Shown here one piece after another: positions 39,039 to 48,223 of a stretch of 64,000 bases of DNA. The first letter of the stretch is position 1. The number at the start of each line of letters is the position of its first letter. The DNA lies in NCBI GenBank assembly GCA_963797095.1, contig CAWCNY010000002.1, positions 928,001 through 992,000 of the forward strand. The letters are read 5' to 3'. This stretch comes from an uncultured Chloroflexia bacterium. GTDB lineage: Bacteria; Chloroflexota; Chloroflexia; QHBQ01; JADMIH01. Under the pieces are notes generated by a model that saw only the letters and a list, made by a program, of their open reading frames with translations, did no database searches and had not been told where the DNA came from. The translations under genes and the position numbers were made by a program.

Positions 39039-41861
39039 TTAATTCAGCATCTTGTCTGGCTGAGTACGCACAATCACTGCATAAGCTACAGCGGCTTCCA
39101 TGGACATTGCCAACCCCGCTCGCCATGCCCGATCCCACGCGGCCTCGTCTAGCTGTGCCCTGGCGCTTGCCAGATGCCTGTCCCGCTCAATCTGCTCTGC
39201 TGGCCACATGTAAGCCCCTATTGCCGAGCGCAATCCTTCGGAAGCTCCAAAGAGGCGTGCCGCTCGCGTTGGATCGCCTTGCGCGCCCGCCAACGCCGCG
39301 AACCCGGTCAGGCACTCGGAGATGCCCTGTTTGTTGCCGATCTCTTGATGGAGCGTCAGGCTCTCCTTGAATAATGCCCCTGCTTTTGGGTAATCCCCTT
39401 TAGCAAGTGCTACATAGCCCAGGTTGTGTAGCACACCCGGGATATCGCTCGTCCCCCCTTGATCCTGGAACAAAAGCAGACTTTCCTCATAGAATGAGCC
39501 TGCTCGCGGGTAATTGCCCTCGATACGCGCTATATCGGCCAGCAAGGCGGACGCCTGAGCCATCCCGTAAGGATCTCCCACTTCTCTGGACAGCGCCCTA
39601 CATTCCTCCCAAGTGGACCTGGCTACTGAGTAATCTCCATGCATGAAAGACAACATTCCCGACGACATCAGCCCAAGTACCAGCCCTGGCTTGCCTTCGT
39701 CTCCTAGCTGGCGGAACAGTTTCACCCCTTCTGAATTTATCGTGCGTCCTTCCTGGTCTCCTCCAAACGCCATAGTGACTCCCAAACTAGAACGTGCATA
39801 TGCCAACCCTAGCTTATCTCCCAACTCTCGTGAGATAGCTGTGCTTTCCTCAAGCAGAACCTGCCCCGCCGAGGGGTCGCCCTGCAAAAAGGTCATGTAG
39901 CCTGCGGCGTACAAGGCCCTTGCTCGTAATTGGGTAGGCTCCGGCACACCCGGCAATAGCGCCTCCATCCACCGCCGCCCTTCACTCAGGTGGCCTCGCA
40001 TCTGCCAGAAAAGATGGAGCGCGGTGGCGATGCCCAAACCTACCTCTTTATCACCTACGCTGCTGAGGCTCCATTGGAGGGCTGCCCGCATATTGTCGTG
40101 TTCGGTCTCCAGCCTTTGCGCGGCTTCCTTCTGCCTTAGGGTCTGAATAAGCGGTGCGCATTCTTCGGCCACCTGCAGAAAGTAGTAAGCATGTGCTCGT
40201 CGCATGATGCTTATCTCGCCCCGCTCTTCCAGGCGCTCCAGCGCGTACTCGCGTATTGTCTCCAGCATCATAAAGCGAGATTCAACATGTGTGCCATCAA
40301 CCTGGCGTAGCAGGCTCTTATCATTAAGTGAGGCTACTCCGTCGAATATATTCATTTCGAAGGGGGCCAGTTCGTCCGGCGTAGAACCAGTATGGGTGGG
40401 CAACGAACGGCCTGCAGCAACAGCCTCAGCCGCCTCGAAAGTGCAACCGCCCATGAAAACGCCCATTCGGCGAAATAAGGTGCGTTCGTCGGACGATAAC
40501 AGATCGTAGCTCCAACCGATCGCGCATCGCAATGTCTGCTGACGAGCAGGCAGGTCACGCCCTCCACCAGTCAACACTTTCAGGCTGCTCTCCAACCTGG
40601 ATAGGATAGCCTGTGGAGTAAGGAGCTTAACTCGGGCCGCCGCCAACTCGATTGCCAGCGGCAGCCCATCAAGACGAACACAGATCTCGGCTATTATCGG
40701 GGCATTTTCGTTCGTCAGATCGAAGTCCGGTTTTACATCTCTGGCGCGCTCGATGAACAGGCGAACACTTTCAAAATCGGTCAGGTTCTCCAACGTGGGA
40801 GAATGGCGTAGGTCTGGCAGTTGCAAAGGAGGTGCCGGGAACTCTTTCTCACCGTATATATGGAGCACCTCGCGGCTCGTGACTAGCACCTTCAATTGAG
40901 AAGCGTCAGACAATAGTTCGCTCACTACCTGCCCCGCGCTGGACACCTGCTCGAAGTTGTCCAATAAGAGCAATAGCTCTTTCTGACCCAGATAGGCTTT
41001 CAAGCTTTCTATGATAGGCCGATTCCCATCTCCCATGAGGCCAAGTGTCTTAGCAATAGCTACCGGCACGAGGGCGGGATCGGTCAAAGCAGCTAGGGGC
41101 ACAAAGAAGACCCCATCACGAAAGCGGTCGAGCAACATTTCGCCCACTTGAAGTGAGAGGCGAGTCTTACCCGTGCCACCTGGGCCTGTGAGGGTTACAA
41201 GACGCACTTGCGGTCTGGCAAGTATCTCCTGCGTTAGCTCGACTTCCTTCTTCCTACCAATGAAGTCGGTTCGCTGAACCGGCAGATTGTTTGGGCGTGT
41301 ATCCAGCGTCTTGATGGGAGGGAAATCAGAAGGCAGATCGTCAACAACCATCTGGAAGACATGTTCCGGACGTTGCAAGTCCTTCAACTTGTGATCTCCC
41401 AGGTCGCGCAATCCGACCCCCTCCGGCAGATTATCGAAAACCAACTGATAGGTCGCACCAGTAAGCAAGATCTGTCCCCCATACCCGACAGCGAGCAAGC
41501 GCGCTATGCGATTCAGATGTGGTCTAACGTAATCACCTTCCCTTACCTCACCGGGACCGGTATGCAAAGCCATTCTCACCTTGATTGGAGCTACGCGGGG
41601 GTCCCATCTCTCTTGATGCAAAGCGCGCTGCGCGGCGAGCACCGCGCCCAGGGCCTGGGGCGCTAATACGAAGCAAGCGCAGAACGCATCGCCCATCCTT
41701 CTGAAGACTACGCCTCTGAATGCTTCGATGGCTTCCTGCAGTATGGCATCATGTCTCTCGACGGCCGCCTTCATGGCGCCCGGATGCTGCTCCCAGCGCA
41801 CGGTGCTGCTCTCGATATCAGTGTACAGGAACGTCAGAGTTCCAGTTGGTAGTTGCAACAT
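39039..41861 (-). CDS. Class III adenylate/guanylate cyclase domain + STAND/NB-ARC-like ATPase + TPR protein
   Basis: TFLYTDIESST, MGDAF, RMALHTG; TLTGPGGTGKTRL, LLLDNFEQV, LDGLPLAIELAAAR; TPR-like C-terminus. Confidence 0.9.
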   Translation of the reverse strand: MLQLPTGTLTFLYTDIESSTVRWEQHPGAMKAAVERHDAILQEAIEAFRGVVFRRMGDAFCACFVLAPQALGAVLAAQRALHQERWDPRVAPIKVRMALHTGPGEVREGDYVRPHLNRIARLLAVGYGGQILLTGATYQLVFDNLPEGVGLRDLGDHKLKDLQRPEHVFQMVVDDLPSDFPPIKTLDTRPNNLPVQRTDFIGRKKEVELTQEILARPQVRLVTLTGPGGTGKTRLSLQVGEMLLDRFRDGVFFVPLAALTDPALVPVAIAKTLGLMGDGNRPIIESLKAYLGQKELLLLLDNFEQVSSAGQVVSELLSDASQLKVLVTSREVLHIYGEKEFPAPPLQLPDLRHSPTLENLTDFESVRLFIERARDVKPDFDLTNENAPIIAEICVRLDGLPLAIELAAARVKLLTPQAILSRLESSLKVLTGGGRDLPARQQTLRCAIGWSYDLLSSDERTLFRRMGVFMGGCTFEAAEAVAAGRSLPTHTGSTPDELAPFEMNIFDGVASLNDKSLLRQVDGTHVESRFMMLETIREYALERLEERGEISIMRRAHAYYFLQVAEECAPLIQTLRQKEAAQRLETEHDNMRAALQWSLSSVGDKEVGLGIATALHLFWQMRGHLSEGRRWMEALLPGVPEPTQLRARALYAAGYMTFLQGDPSAGQVLLEESTAISRELGDKLGLAYARSSLGVTMAFGGDQEGRTINSEGVKLFRQLGDEGKPGLVLGLMSSGMLSFMHGDYSVARSTWEECRALSREVGDPYGMAQASALLADIARIEGNYPRAGSFYEESLLLFQDQGGTSDIPGVLHNLGYVALAKGDYPKAGALFKESLTLHQEIGNKQGISECLTGFAALAGAQGDPTRAARLFGASEGLRSAIGAYMWPAEQIERDRHLASARAQLDEAAWDRAWRAGLAMSMEAAVAYAVIVRTQPDKMLN

Positions 41862-41936
41862 GGTGAACGCATAATAGCAAAAACGTCCGACTTTGGCACG
41901 GGTACAAACAGGTGTTCCCCTACCCTCTTCAGAATA

Positions 41937-41970
41937 CAAGTAAGCCAGTGGCATACCACTGGCTTACTTG
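41937..41970. terminator. Hairpin adjacent to att copy 2
   Basis: CAAGTAAGCCAGTGG-CATA-CCACTGGCTTACTTG, a 15-bp perfect stem. Confidence 0.7.
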
Positions 41971-41978
41971 ACATAACT

Positions 41979-42236
41979 TGCGGAAGCGACGGGGATTGCA
42001 CCGTCAATTACGACTTTTCGTCTCTAAACCTGCACGAGCGACAAGAAATCCTTGATCCTATCTTATTCTCACCACGCAAGAAAAGTCAAGGTCGGTATTC
42101 CATGCCCCTCACACACATTCCGGAGGAGCAATGGGAAGAAGTGGCTCAACGCCACGTGAACGGCGAGAGCCTGCGCCTGTTAGCGAAGAGCTACGGAGTC
42201 TCGCATGAAGCTGTGCGGCAGGTTGTCAAGAGATAA
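41979..42236 (+). CDS. att-linked HTH protein tail, copy 2 (no start codon at the core; frame open from 41853)
   Basis: CGSDGDCTVNYDFSSL...GESLRLLAKSYGVSHEAVRQVVKR*; HTH-like pattern SLRxLAxxYGVSHExVR. Confidence 0.65.
   Translation, partial: CGSDGDCTVNYDFSSLNLHERQEILDPILFSPRKKSQGRYSMPLTHIPEEQWEEVAQRHVNGESLRLLAKSYGVSHEAVRQVVKR
41980..41993. repeat. att-like copy 2 of the tRNA-Asp 3' end
   Basis: GCGGAAGCGACGGG is identical to 46572-46585. Confidence 0.85.
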
Positions 42237-42298
42237 CTCCACTATTGAGGAGTAGTGAGACTTAGGAACGTCGATAATTCTGAAATAGTCCGGAAAAT

Positions 42299-42337
42299 AG
42301 CCAGTCCTGACAGAGATAGTTCCTCAGGACTGGCTGG
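42299..42337. terminator. Hairpin between the convergent HTH tail and cupin genes
   Basis: AGCCAGTCCTGA...TCAGGACTGGCT. Confidence 0.55.
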
Positions 42338-42366
42338 GTTAGAGTACGGTGAGCATACCTCTTCTC

Positions 42367-42837
42367 TCAATCAGGGCTTAGGGGCGGTCCAAGCAGGGAC
42401 ATATCATGTCTATCGAAAACCGCTGCAACGTCCTTCGGGTCGGGCTTGCCGTTGCGCGTAAGAGGCCCAAGCTCTTCGTAAAACCTGTGTCCACCGCCCG
42501 GTGTGTACACCACGATGATCTCGGCTGTCTCATCGGTCAAGTTTACAAAGGCATGCGGCACCTTTGATGGAAGGTATGCAAAGCCTCCTTCGTTGAGGTG
42601 GAAGATGTCGTCACCGATTCGAACCTTGAACCGGCCTTTCAGCACATGAATGGTCTCCTCCTGTATATGGTGAACATGTAATGGAGGTCCGTTTTTCGGT
42701 GCCACCTGGACTACAAAATAGTCCAATGCTCCGCCGGTATCGTCGCCGGTAACCTTGAAAATGAGATCTCTGCCCGGACCCGATTGGAGGATCAAACCCT
42801 CAGCTTCGGCAAGGACCTTGTATCCAGTCGTTATCAT
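42367..42837 (-). CDS. Cupin domain protein
   Basis: GPPLHVHHIQEE...PSKVPHAFVN; AAGGAG RBS. Confidence 0.9.
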   Translation of the reverse strand: MITTGYKVLAEAEGLILQSGPGRDLIFKVTGDDTGGALDYFVVQVAPKNGPPLHVHHIQEETIHVLKGRFKVRIGDDIFHLNEGGFAYLPSKVPHAFVNLTDETAEIIVVYTPGGGHRFYEELGPLTRNGKPDPKDVAAVFDRHDMSLLGPPLSPD

Positions 42838-43051
42838 CTTCAACTCCTTATTGAAACCGGTTATTTTCTTCATAGCGGTCACCGGTCTTTCCAATTCCGG
42901 TCGCGCTTACTGTTCTGACTATACTGGGTCGTCCTCCCGCAAATCTCCCAAAAACCTCTCAAACCATCTCTCAGGCCTCAGGTCGGTTTGCTTTGGGCAG
43001 AATTGGGCGTATAATTCAGCTAAAGAAGCGCGTTGCTACAAGAAGGCCAAC

Positions 43052-46000
43052 ATGCTCAAGATCTACCTGCTAGGCGATTTCTCAGTACACCGCGACGGCA
43101 TCCCCATACCCGCCGCCGACTGGGCGCGCCGTAAAACCAGGTCGCTTCTCAAGCTGCTGGCGCTCCAGCCAGGACACCGGCTGCACCGAGAGCAGGTCAC
43201 CGAATTGCTGTGGCCCGACCTCGATCCGATTGCTGCTCGCGACAACTTCTATCGAAACCTTTCGTTCCTCCGCCATACGCTAGAACCTGAGCTCGAGCGC
43301 CCGGCTGATTCCCACTTTGTGAATCTGCAGGCGGAGATAGTAAAGCTTGGCCCACCGGATGAGGTTTGGATAGACGTGGACGCCTTCGAGAGCCTTATCG
43401 CTCAGGCCCGTACTACGGGGCAGCCGCTCCCGTTGCTTGAGGAAGCGCTGAGTCTCTATACGGGCGATCTTCTGTCGGAAGACACCTATGAAGAATGGAC
43501 TATCTCGCGTAGGGATCTCCTATCGAGGGCAGCGATCAAGGCATTGTTGCAGATAGCCGAAGCGCGGCGGGAAGAGGTGGCCTATGAACCGGCTATCGCC
43601 GCCCTGCAGCGCGTTCTCTCTCTGGATCGCACCGACGAGCAGGCCCACCGTGAACTGATGCGCACGTTTGCGCTCTCCGGACGCCGCCAGGATGCACTGC
43701 GCCAGTACGAGCAGTGCTGTAAGGTGCTGCAATCAGAACTGAACGTGGAGCCTGAGGCGGAAACCACCGGCCTGTATGATAGCATCGCAAGGGGCGATAT
43801 GGGCAGACGCTTCACCCCTGCGGTGCCTGGTGTGCCAGCCGGGCATGCAGCTGCTCGGCCACAACTCCCCGGGACGACTGAGTCTTTGAATAATCTGCCG
43901 GACATTGGCACGCCCTTGATAGGACGCGAACGTGAGGTAGCAGAAGCATGCCGCCATCTGCGCCGCCGCGAGGTGAGACTGCTCACGATGACCGGCACGG
44001 CGGGCATCGGAAAGACCCGCCTCGCTGTTGAAGTAGCGCACGCCCTGATCGAGGACTTTCGGGATGGTACGCTCTTTGTGCCCCTGGCCCATGCCCAGGA
44101 CGCCATTCAAGTGTTCCCGGCCATCGCGCAGGCACTTGGGCTGAAAGAGGACGGGGACCGCCCTTTGCCGGAGAGCCTTCAGGCTTTCCTGCGCCATCGA
44201 CAACTTCTGATTGTGCTGGACAACTTCGAGCATGTGATCCAGGCGGCCTCCGCTCTCGCCCAGGTCCTGTCCGCTTGCCCCGGCCTCAAGTTGCTCGTTA
44301 CCAGCCGGGAACTGCTACGCCTCACGCTGGAGCACGATTTTCCGGTTCAACCCCTGTCGTTGCCGGACCTGAACCACCTTCCGCCGCCACAGGACCTGGG
44401 CGACTATACATCTATTTGCCTGTTCTTAACCAGAGCCGCCGCTGTGAAGCCTGGGTTTGCACTCACATCTGATAATGCTGTGGCTGTGGCCGAGATTTGC
44501 AGCCGGTTGGACGGGCTACCTCTCGCTATCGAGCTTGCCGCGGCGCGGGTGCGTCTCCTAGCGCCCCAAGCCCTGCTGGCGCGGCTGAGCAACCGCCTGC
44601 GCCTGCTCACCGGCGGGGCCCGCGATCTGCCCGAGCGCCAGCAGACCATCTACAAGGCTATCGATTGGAGTTACGGTCTCTTGAGCACAAGGGAAAAGTC
44701 GATTTTTGCTCGCTTGTCGGTGTTTGTCGAGGGGTGCACGGAGGAGGCTGCTGCTGCGGTCTGCTACGACCTGGAGAGCGTAGGCGACCTTGGTGCCCTG
44801 GACGACCTCTCGCTGCTTGTAGATAAGAGCCTCCTGCGGTCGGAATCGGAGATCCAGAAACCGGGGGCTGTCGGGGCGGGAACCGGATCACTCGCAAACG
44901 GATACCCTGAGTCGCGGTTCAAAATGCTCGAGACGATCCGCGAATACGCTTCGGAGAGACTGACCGAGAGCGGAGAGTTGGCCGGAACGCAGGCGCGCCA
45001 CGCCCGATATTACCTGTCGATCGCCGAGGCGGGCGAAGATAACTGGTTCACTGCCGAGCAGCACTACTGGCTGGAGAGGTTTGATCAAGAGCAGTACAAC
45101 TTCCAGGCAGCACTGGTCTGGGCGATCCGGAGCGACCTAGAGGTGGCGATCAGGTTTGGCGGCGCGCTCTGGCACTACTGGCTGGCGCATGGGTACCTCA
45201 CGGAGGGGAGGCGATGGCTTGAACAGGCCATAGCGGAGGTGCCGAGATCAGAAGATGCAGCGCTCGGTCCAGACAGGGCCGGGCGCGCGAAAGCGTTATT
45301 CGGGGCGGGTGTGCTGGCGACTCACCAGGCGGATTATGCCCGCGCCGGCGAGTTGATCGCCCAATCGCTCGGCGTCGCCCGCTCGATCGGCGATGACTTA
45401 CAGATAGCCAATTCCCTCGCCGGGCTTGGGATTAGCATGTACTACCGGGGCGAGTACGATCGCTCGATGTTGCAGTTCGAGGAGGCACTGCAAATCTTCA
45501 GGCGGCTAGGGCACACACGTGGCACGGCCCTGGCGCTGAATAGTCTGAGCGACGCGATCCTATGCCTGGGGGACAGTACGCGCGCTTCGACCCTGGCCGG
45601 GGAGAGCCTGAATCTGTCGCTAGGCATTGGGGACAGTTTCTCCGTGGCTGCCTCGCTAGCCAACCAGGGCCGGGCGCTCCTGCAGCAAGGGGACATAGAG
45701 AAAGCCCTAGCTCTCTTTGAGGAGAGCCTGGCAATTCGGGTCAAGCTGAAGGACAAGGGGGGCATGGCCCACACTCTCAATCTCCTTGGAAACGCGGCCC
45801 TCGCTCGCGGGGACATCACTGGGGCGTCAGGCTTCTACACCCAGAGTCTCACGCTGCGGCATGAACTGGGCGACAGAGAGGGCATGGCAGCCCCATTGGA
45901 GGGGCTGGCTGCCGTAGCGGAAAGGCTTGACTACGTTGAAAGAGCCGCCCGGCTCTACGGCGCTGCCGAGGCGCTACGGGAGGCGATCGGTGCGCCCATT

Positions 46001-46144
46001 CCGCCCACGGACTTCGGACTGCATAGTCGAGCTATTTCCTCGCTGAAGTCACGTTCGGAAGGAGATGCCATAGCCGCAGAATGGAGGATGGGGCGGGCTC
46101 TGCAGATAGAGGACGCAGTATCTTACGCCCTCTCTGAGGGCTGA
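43052..46144 (+). CDS. SARP/AfsR-like regulator: wHTH + BTAD + STAND ATPase + TPR
   Basis: IYLLGDF, LLWPD, IDVDAFE, LYTGDLL, EQAHRELMR; TGTAGIGKTRL, VLDNFEHV, LDGLPLAIELAAAR. Confidence 0.92.
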   Translation: MLKIYLLGDFSVHRDGIPIPAADWARRKTRSLLKLLALQPGHRLHREQVTELLWPDLDPIAARDNFYRNLSFLRHTLEPELERPADSHFVNLQAEIVKLGPPDEVWIDVDAFESLIAQARTTGQPLPLLEEALSLYTGDLLSEDTYEEWTISRRDLLSRAAIKALLQIAEARREEVAYEPAIAALQRVLSLDRTDEQAHRELMRTFALSGRRQDALRQYEQCCKVLQSELNVEPEAETTGLYDSIARGDMGRRFTPAVPGVPAGHAAARPQLPGTTESLNNLPDIGTPLIGREREVAEACRHLRRREVRLLTMTGTAGIGKTRLAVEVAHALIEDFRDGTLFVPLAHAQDAIQVFPAIAQALGLKEDGDRPLPESLQAFLRHRQLLIVLDNFEHVIQAASALAQVLSACPGLKLLVTSRELLRLTLEHDFPVQPLSLPDLNHLPPPQDLGDYTSICLFLTRAAAVKPGFALTSDNAVAVAEICSRLDGLPLAIELAAARVRLLAPQALLARLSNRLRLLTGGARDLPERQQTIYKAIDWSYGLLSTREKSIFARLSVFVEGCTEEAAAAVCYDLESVGDLGALDDLSLLVDKSLLRSESEIQKPGAVGAGTGSLANGYPESRFKMLETIREYASERLTESGELAGTQARHARYYLSIAEAGEDNWFTAEQHYWLERFDQEQYNFQAALVWAIRSDLEVAIRFGGALWHYWLAHGYLTEGRRWLEQAIAEVPRSEDAALGPDRAGRAKALFGAGVLATHQADYARAGELIAQSLGVARSIGDDLQIANSLAGLGISMYYRGEYDRSMLQFEEALQIFRRLGHTRGTALALNSLSDAILCLGDSTRASTLAGESLNLSLGIGDSFSVAASLANQGRALLQQGDIEKALALFEESLAIRVKLKDKGGMAHTLNLLGNAALARGDITGASGFYTQSLTLRHELGDREGMAAPLEGLAAVAERLDYVERAARLYGAAEALREAIGAPIPPTDFGLHSRAISSLKSRSEGDAIAAEWRMGRALQIEDAVSYALSEG

Positions 46145-46540
46145 ATGCTATCCCCGCATGATTGTGGTGCGAGAGATTGAATACCCATGTGTGCACAAAA
46201 GCGCGTGCAGAAGTCTTTAGAGAGGAACCGGAACGCAACAACGAGAATAAGAGAATGCAGGCGCGAACAATCGAGCAGCAAAATAGATGGGCTTCCTCCG
46301 CTATTATACCAAGTTCGAGACTTTTGGCACTCACATTTGCAGTCCGATATACCCAACGTTTTTGAGACAGATCGCAATATGCAGCTTGCTATTAACCGGT
46401 AACCGGTGCCAGCCGTGCATGTCTCGTCAATAGTCGCGGAAGCGAAAAGATGACGAACCGACGATTACGACCTCTGCAAGGTCGCACTTTATCCACCAAT
46501 TACAGCCAAATTCGTGCGTGAGTTGCACTTGCAAATGTGA

Positions 46541-46569
46541 AAAAAGCTCTACCAAAAGGTAGAGCTTTT
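46541..46569 (-). terminator. tRNA-Asp terminator
   Basis: AAAAGCTCTACC-loop-GGTAGAGCTTTT immediately downstream of the tRNA. Confidence 0.85.
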
Positions 46570-46572
46570 CGG

Positions 46573-46646
46573 CGGAAGCGACGGGATTCGAACCCGCGGT
46601 CTCGGCCTTGACAGGGCCGCATGTTAGGCCACTACACCACGCCTCC
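46573..46646 (-). tRNA. tRNA-Asp(GTC)
   Basis: GGAGGCG acceptor stem, TGG D-loop, anticodon loop CT-GTC-AA, GGTTCGAATCC T-arm. CCA is not fully encoded (CCG). Confidence 0.96.
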
Positions 46647-46689
46647 ATTGCCCTGGCTTCACCGAAGCGAAACACATTTAGGCTTCATT

Positions 46690-46718
46690 ATATTACCAGA
46701 TAGCCCCCCTTGTGTCAA
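46690..46718 (-). promoter_or_regulatory. tRNA promoter
   Basis: TTGACA-N17-TAATAT with an extended -10 TG. Confidence 0.7.
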
Positions 46719-46816
46719 GGAACGCCCACGCTGCCACGTCGCACGATTTTCTCCTCACGAACGCAGCTGCGAGGAGAAAATCGTGCGGCTCTACACCTAA
46801 AGCGCGTAAGCACTCT

Positions 46817-47752
46817 CTACCTGTGATGTAGTGTGCCCTGCCCCTGCCCGCGCACCCACGGTACCAACAGCAGCGCCCCGGCAACGATCAGGAACACGGG
46901 CCATATCTGCCCTATCAAGCTGTTGTTGATCAACACCACCGGCAGAAAAACCAACCCTATCACTCCGAATATAGCCGCAGGCACCAGGTAGCCTCTCTGC
47001 GTGCCGTTCGATAGCAGGTACGCGGCCAACGCACCCACTCCCACGATCAACGGGTAGATCGGCCACAACCTCCCCTGGTCCTCCCACGAGATGACGCCAA
47101 GCGTGGTCGCCAGGAAGAACACCCCCACCAGGAATGGGATGGAACCGGCAAGCACCAGGCCGCTCCGCACGCGCAGGTCGCCTACCAGCGCAGCTACAAC
47201 CAGCAGAGCCAGGCCCACTGCCATCGGATATACAGGCCACCACGTGCGCGCCCATTCACCCCCGAACCATGTGTCTATCCCGTACCGCTGCCACCAATCC
47301 CAATCGTACAGGATGCCTGACAACGTGGCTACCAGGAAGCTCACACCCAGCAGCACAAACAGCACGCCAACTACCAGCAGGCCGTTCCGTTGCAAACCCG
47401 AGGCAACATAGCTAACCAGCGCTGCCGCGCCCAGGATCAGCAAATAGAACGGCCACAATCGCTCCTGGTCTGACCACGATGCCAGCCCAAGCGTGAATAC
47501 GAAGAAGAAGGCTCCAAGCAGCAACGTGAAACTGCCAACCAGCACCGCCCATCCTCTCCGAATCTGCCCCACATCTCGCGTAATCAACACTTGCGCCATC
47601 GGGGCCAACCCCACGATCATCACGAATGCCGGCCAGATATTACCCCAGTTAAGCCCTCCGATTTCCATGGTTGCAGCCAGGAAAACCATGCCGAACAAAA
47701 TCAGGAACAGTGCGGCCTGCACAGTTCCACTACGCAAATTTCGTGTTTCCAT
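46817..47752 (-). CDS. Membrane protein with repeated LiaI/LiaF-like TM units
   Basis: Repeated xWP-hydrophobic units (NIWP, RLWP, WWP, QIWP). Confidence 0.7.
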   Translation of the reverse strand: METRNLRSGTVQAALFLILFGMVFLAATMEIGGLNWGNIWPAFVMIVGLAPMAQVLITRDVGQIRRGWAVLVGSFTLLLGAFFFVFTLGLASWSDQERLWPFYLLILGAAALVSYVASGLQRNGLLVVGVLFVLLGVSFLVATLSGILYDWDWWQRYGIDTWFGGEWARTWWPVYPMAVGLALLVVAALVGDLRVRSGLVLAGSIPFLVGVFFLATTLGVISWEDQGRLWPIYPLIVGVGALAAYLLSNGTQRGYLVPAAIFGVIGLVFLPVVLINNSLIGQIWPVFLIVAGALLLVPWVRGQGQGTLHHR

Positions 47753-48006
47753 CTCTGTGCTCCTCCTATCTCAAGGCGTGTACCTCTCCTCCAACCGCTA
47801 CTGTCAGAGGCCCGCCCAATCGCAGCTCGATGGTTGATCCCTCAAGGCCCACGGCCTCTATTACACCCTACCGGCTACAATCCAGATTCCTGGACTCTAA
47901 ACCGGGAAGCGCGCGGGCGGATTCTGCCACGTTAAGTCTCGCACAGAAAGGTTACAGTCTTTGTATAAAAGTATCTACAAGAGGTGAAAATAATGAGCAG
48001 TCTTGA

Positions 48007-48198
48007 TCAGGAAATGTGCCGCCCGCGCCACCCGAAGAAGACCGCTCCTCCACCGACCAGCAGCAGGAAGAACCCTACCCATGCCCACAACATCTGCCCG
48101 GTCATATAGCTGCCGGGAAGCACCCCTATCCCCTGAAAGAAGAAAGTCGCCCCTGTCAACAACAACAGTATCCCGATTATCATTACTGCGTTCTTCAT
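48007..48198 (-). CDS. Small two-TM hypothetical protein
   Basis: MKNAVMIIG...FFQGIGVLPGSYMTGQMLW. Confidence 0.65.
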   Translation of the reverse strand: MKNAVMIIGILLLLTGATFFFQGIGVLPGSYMTGQMLWAWVGFFLLLVGGGAVFFGWRGRHIS

Positions 48199-48223
48199 CT
48201 TGTACCCCACTTCTTTATGCTTC

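Noticed and set aside
37091-46585. Prophage at tRNA-Asp
   Set aside because: There are no phage structural, replication or integrase genes between the att-like sites.
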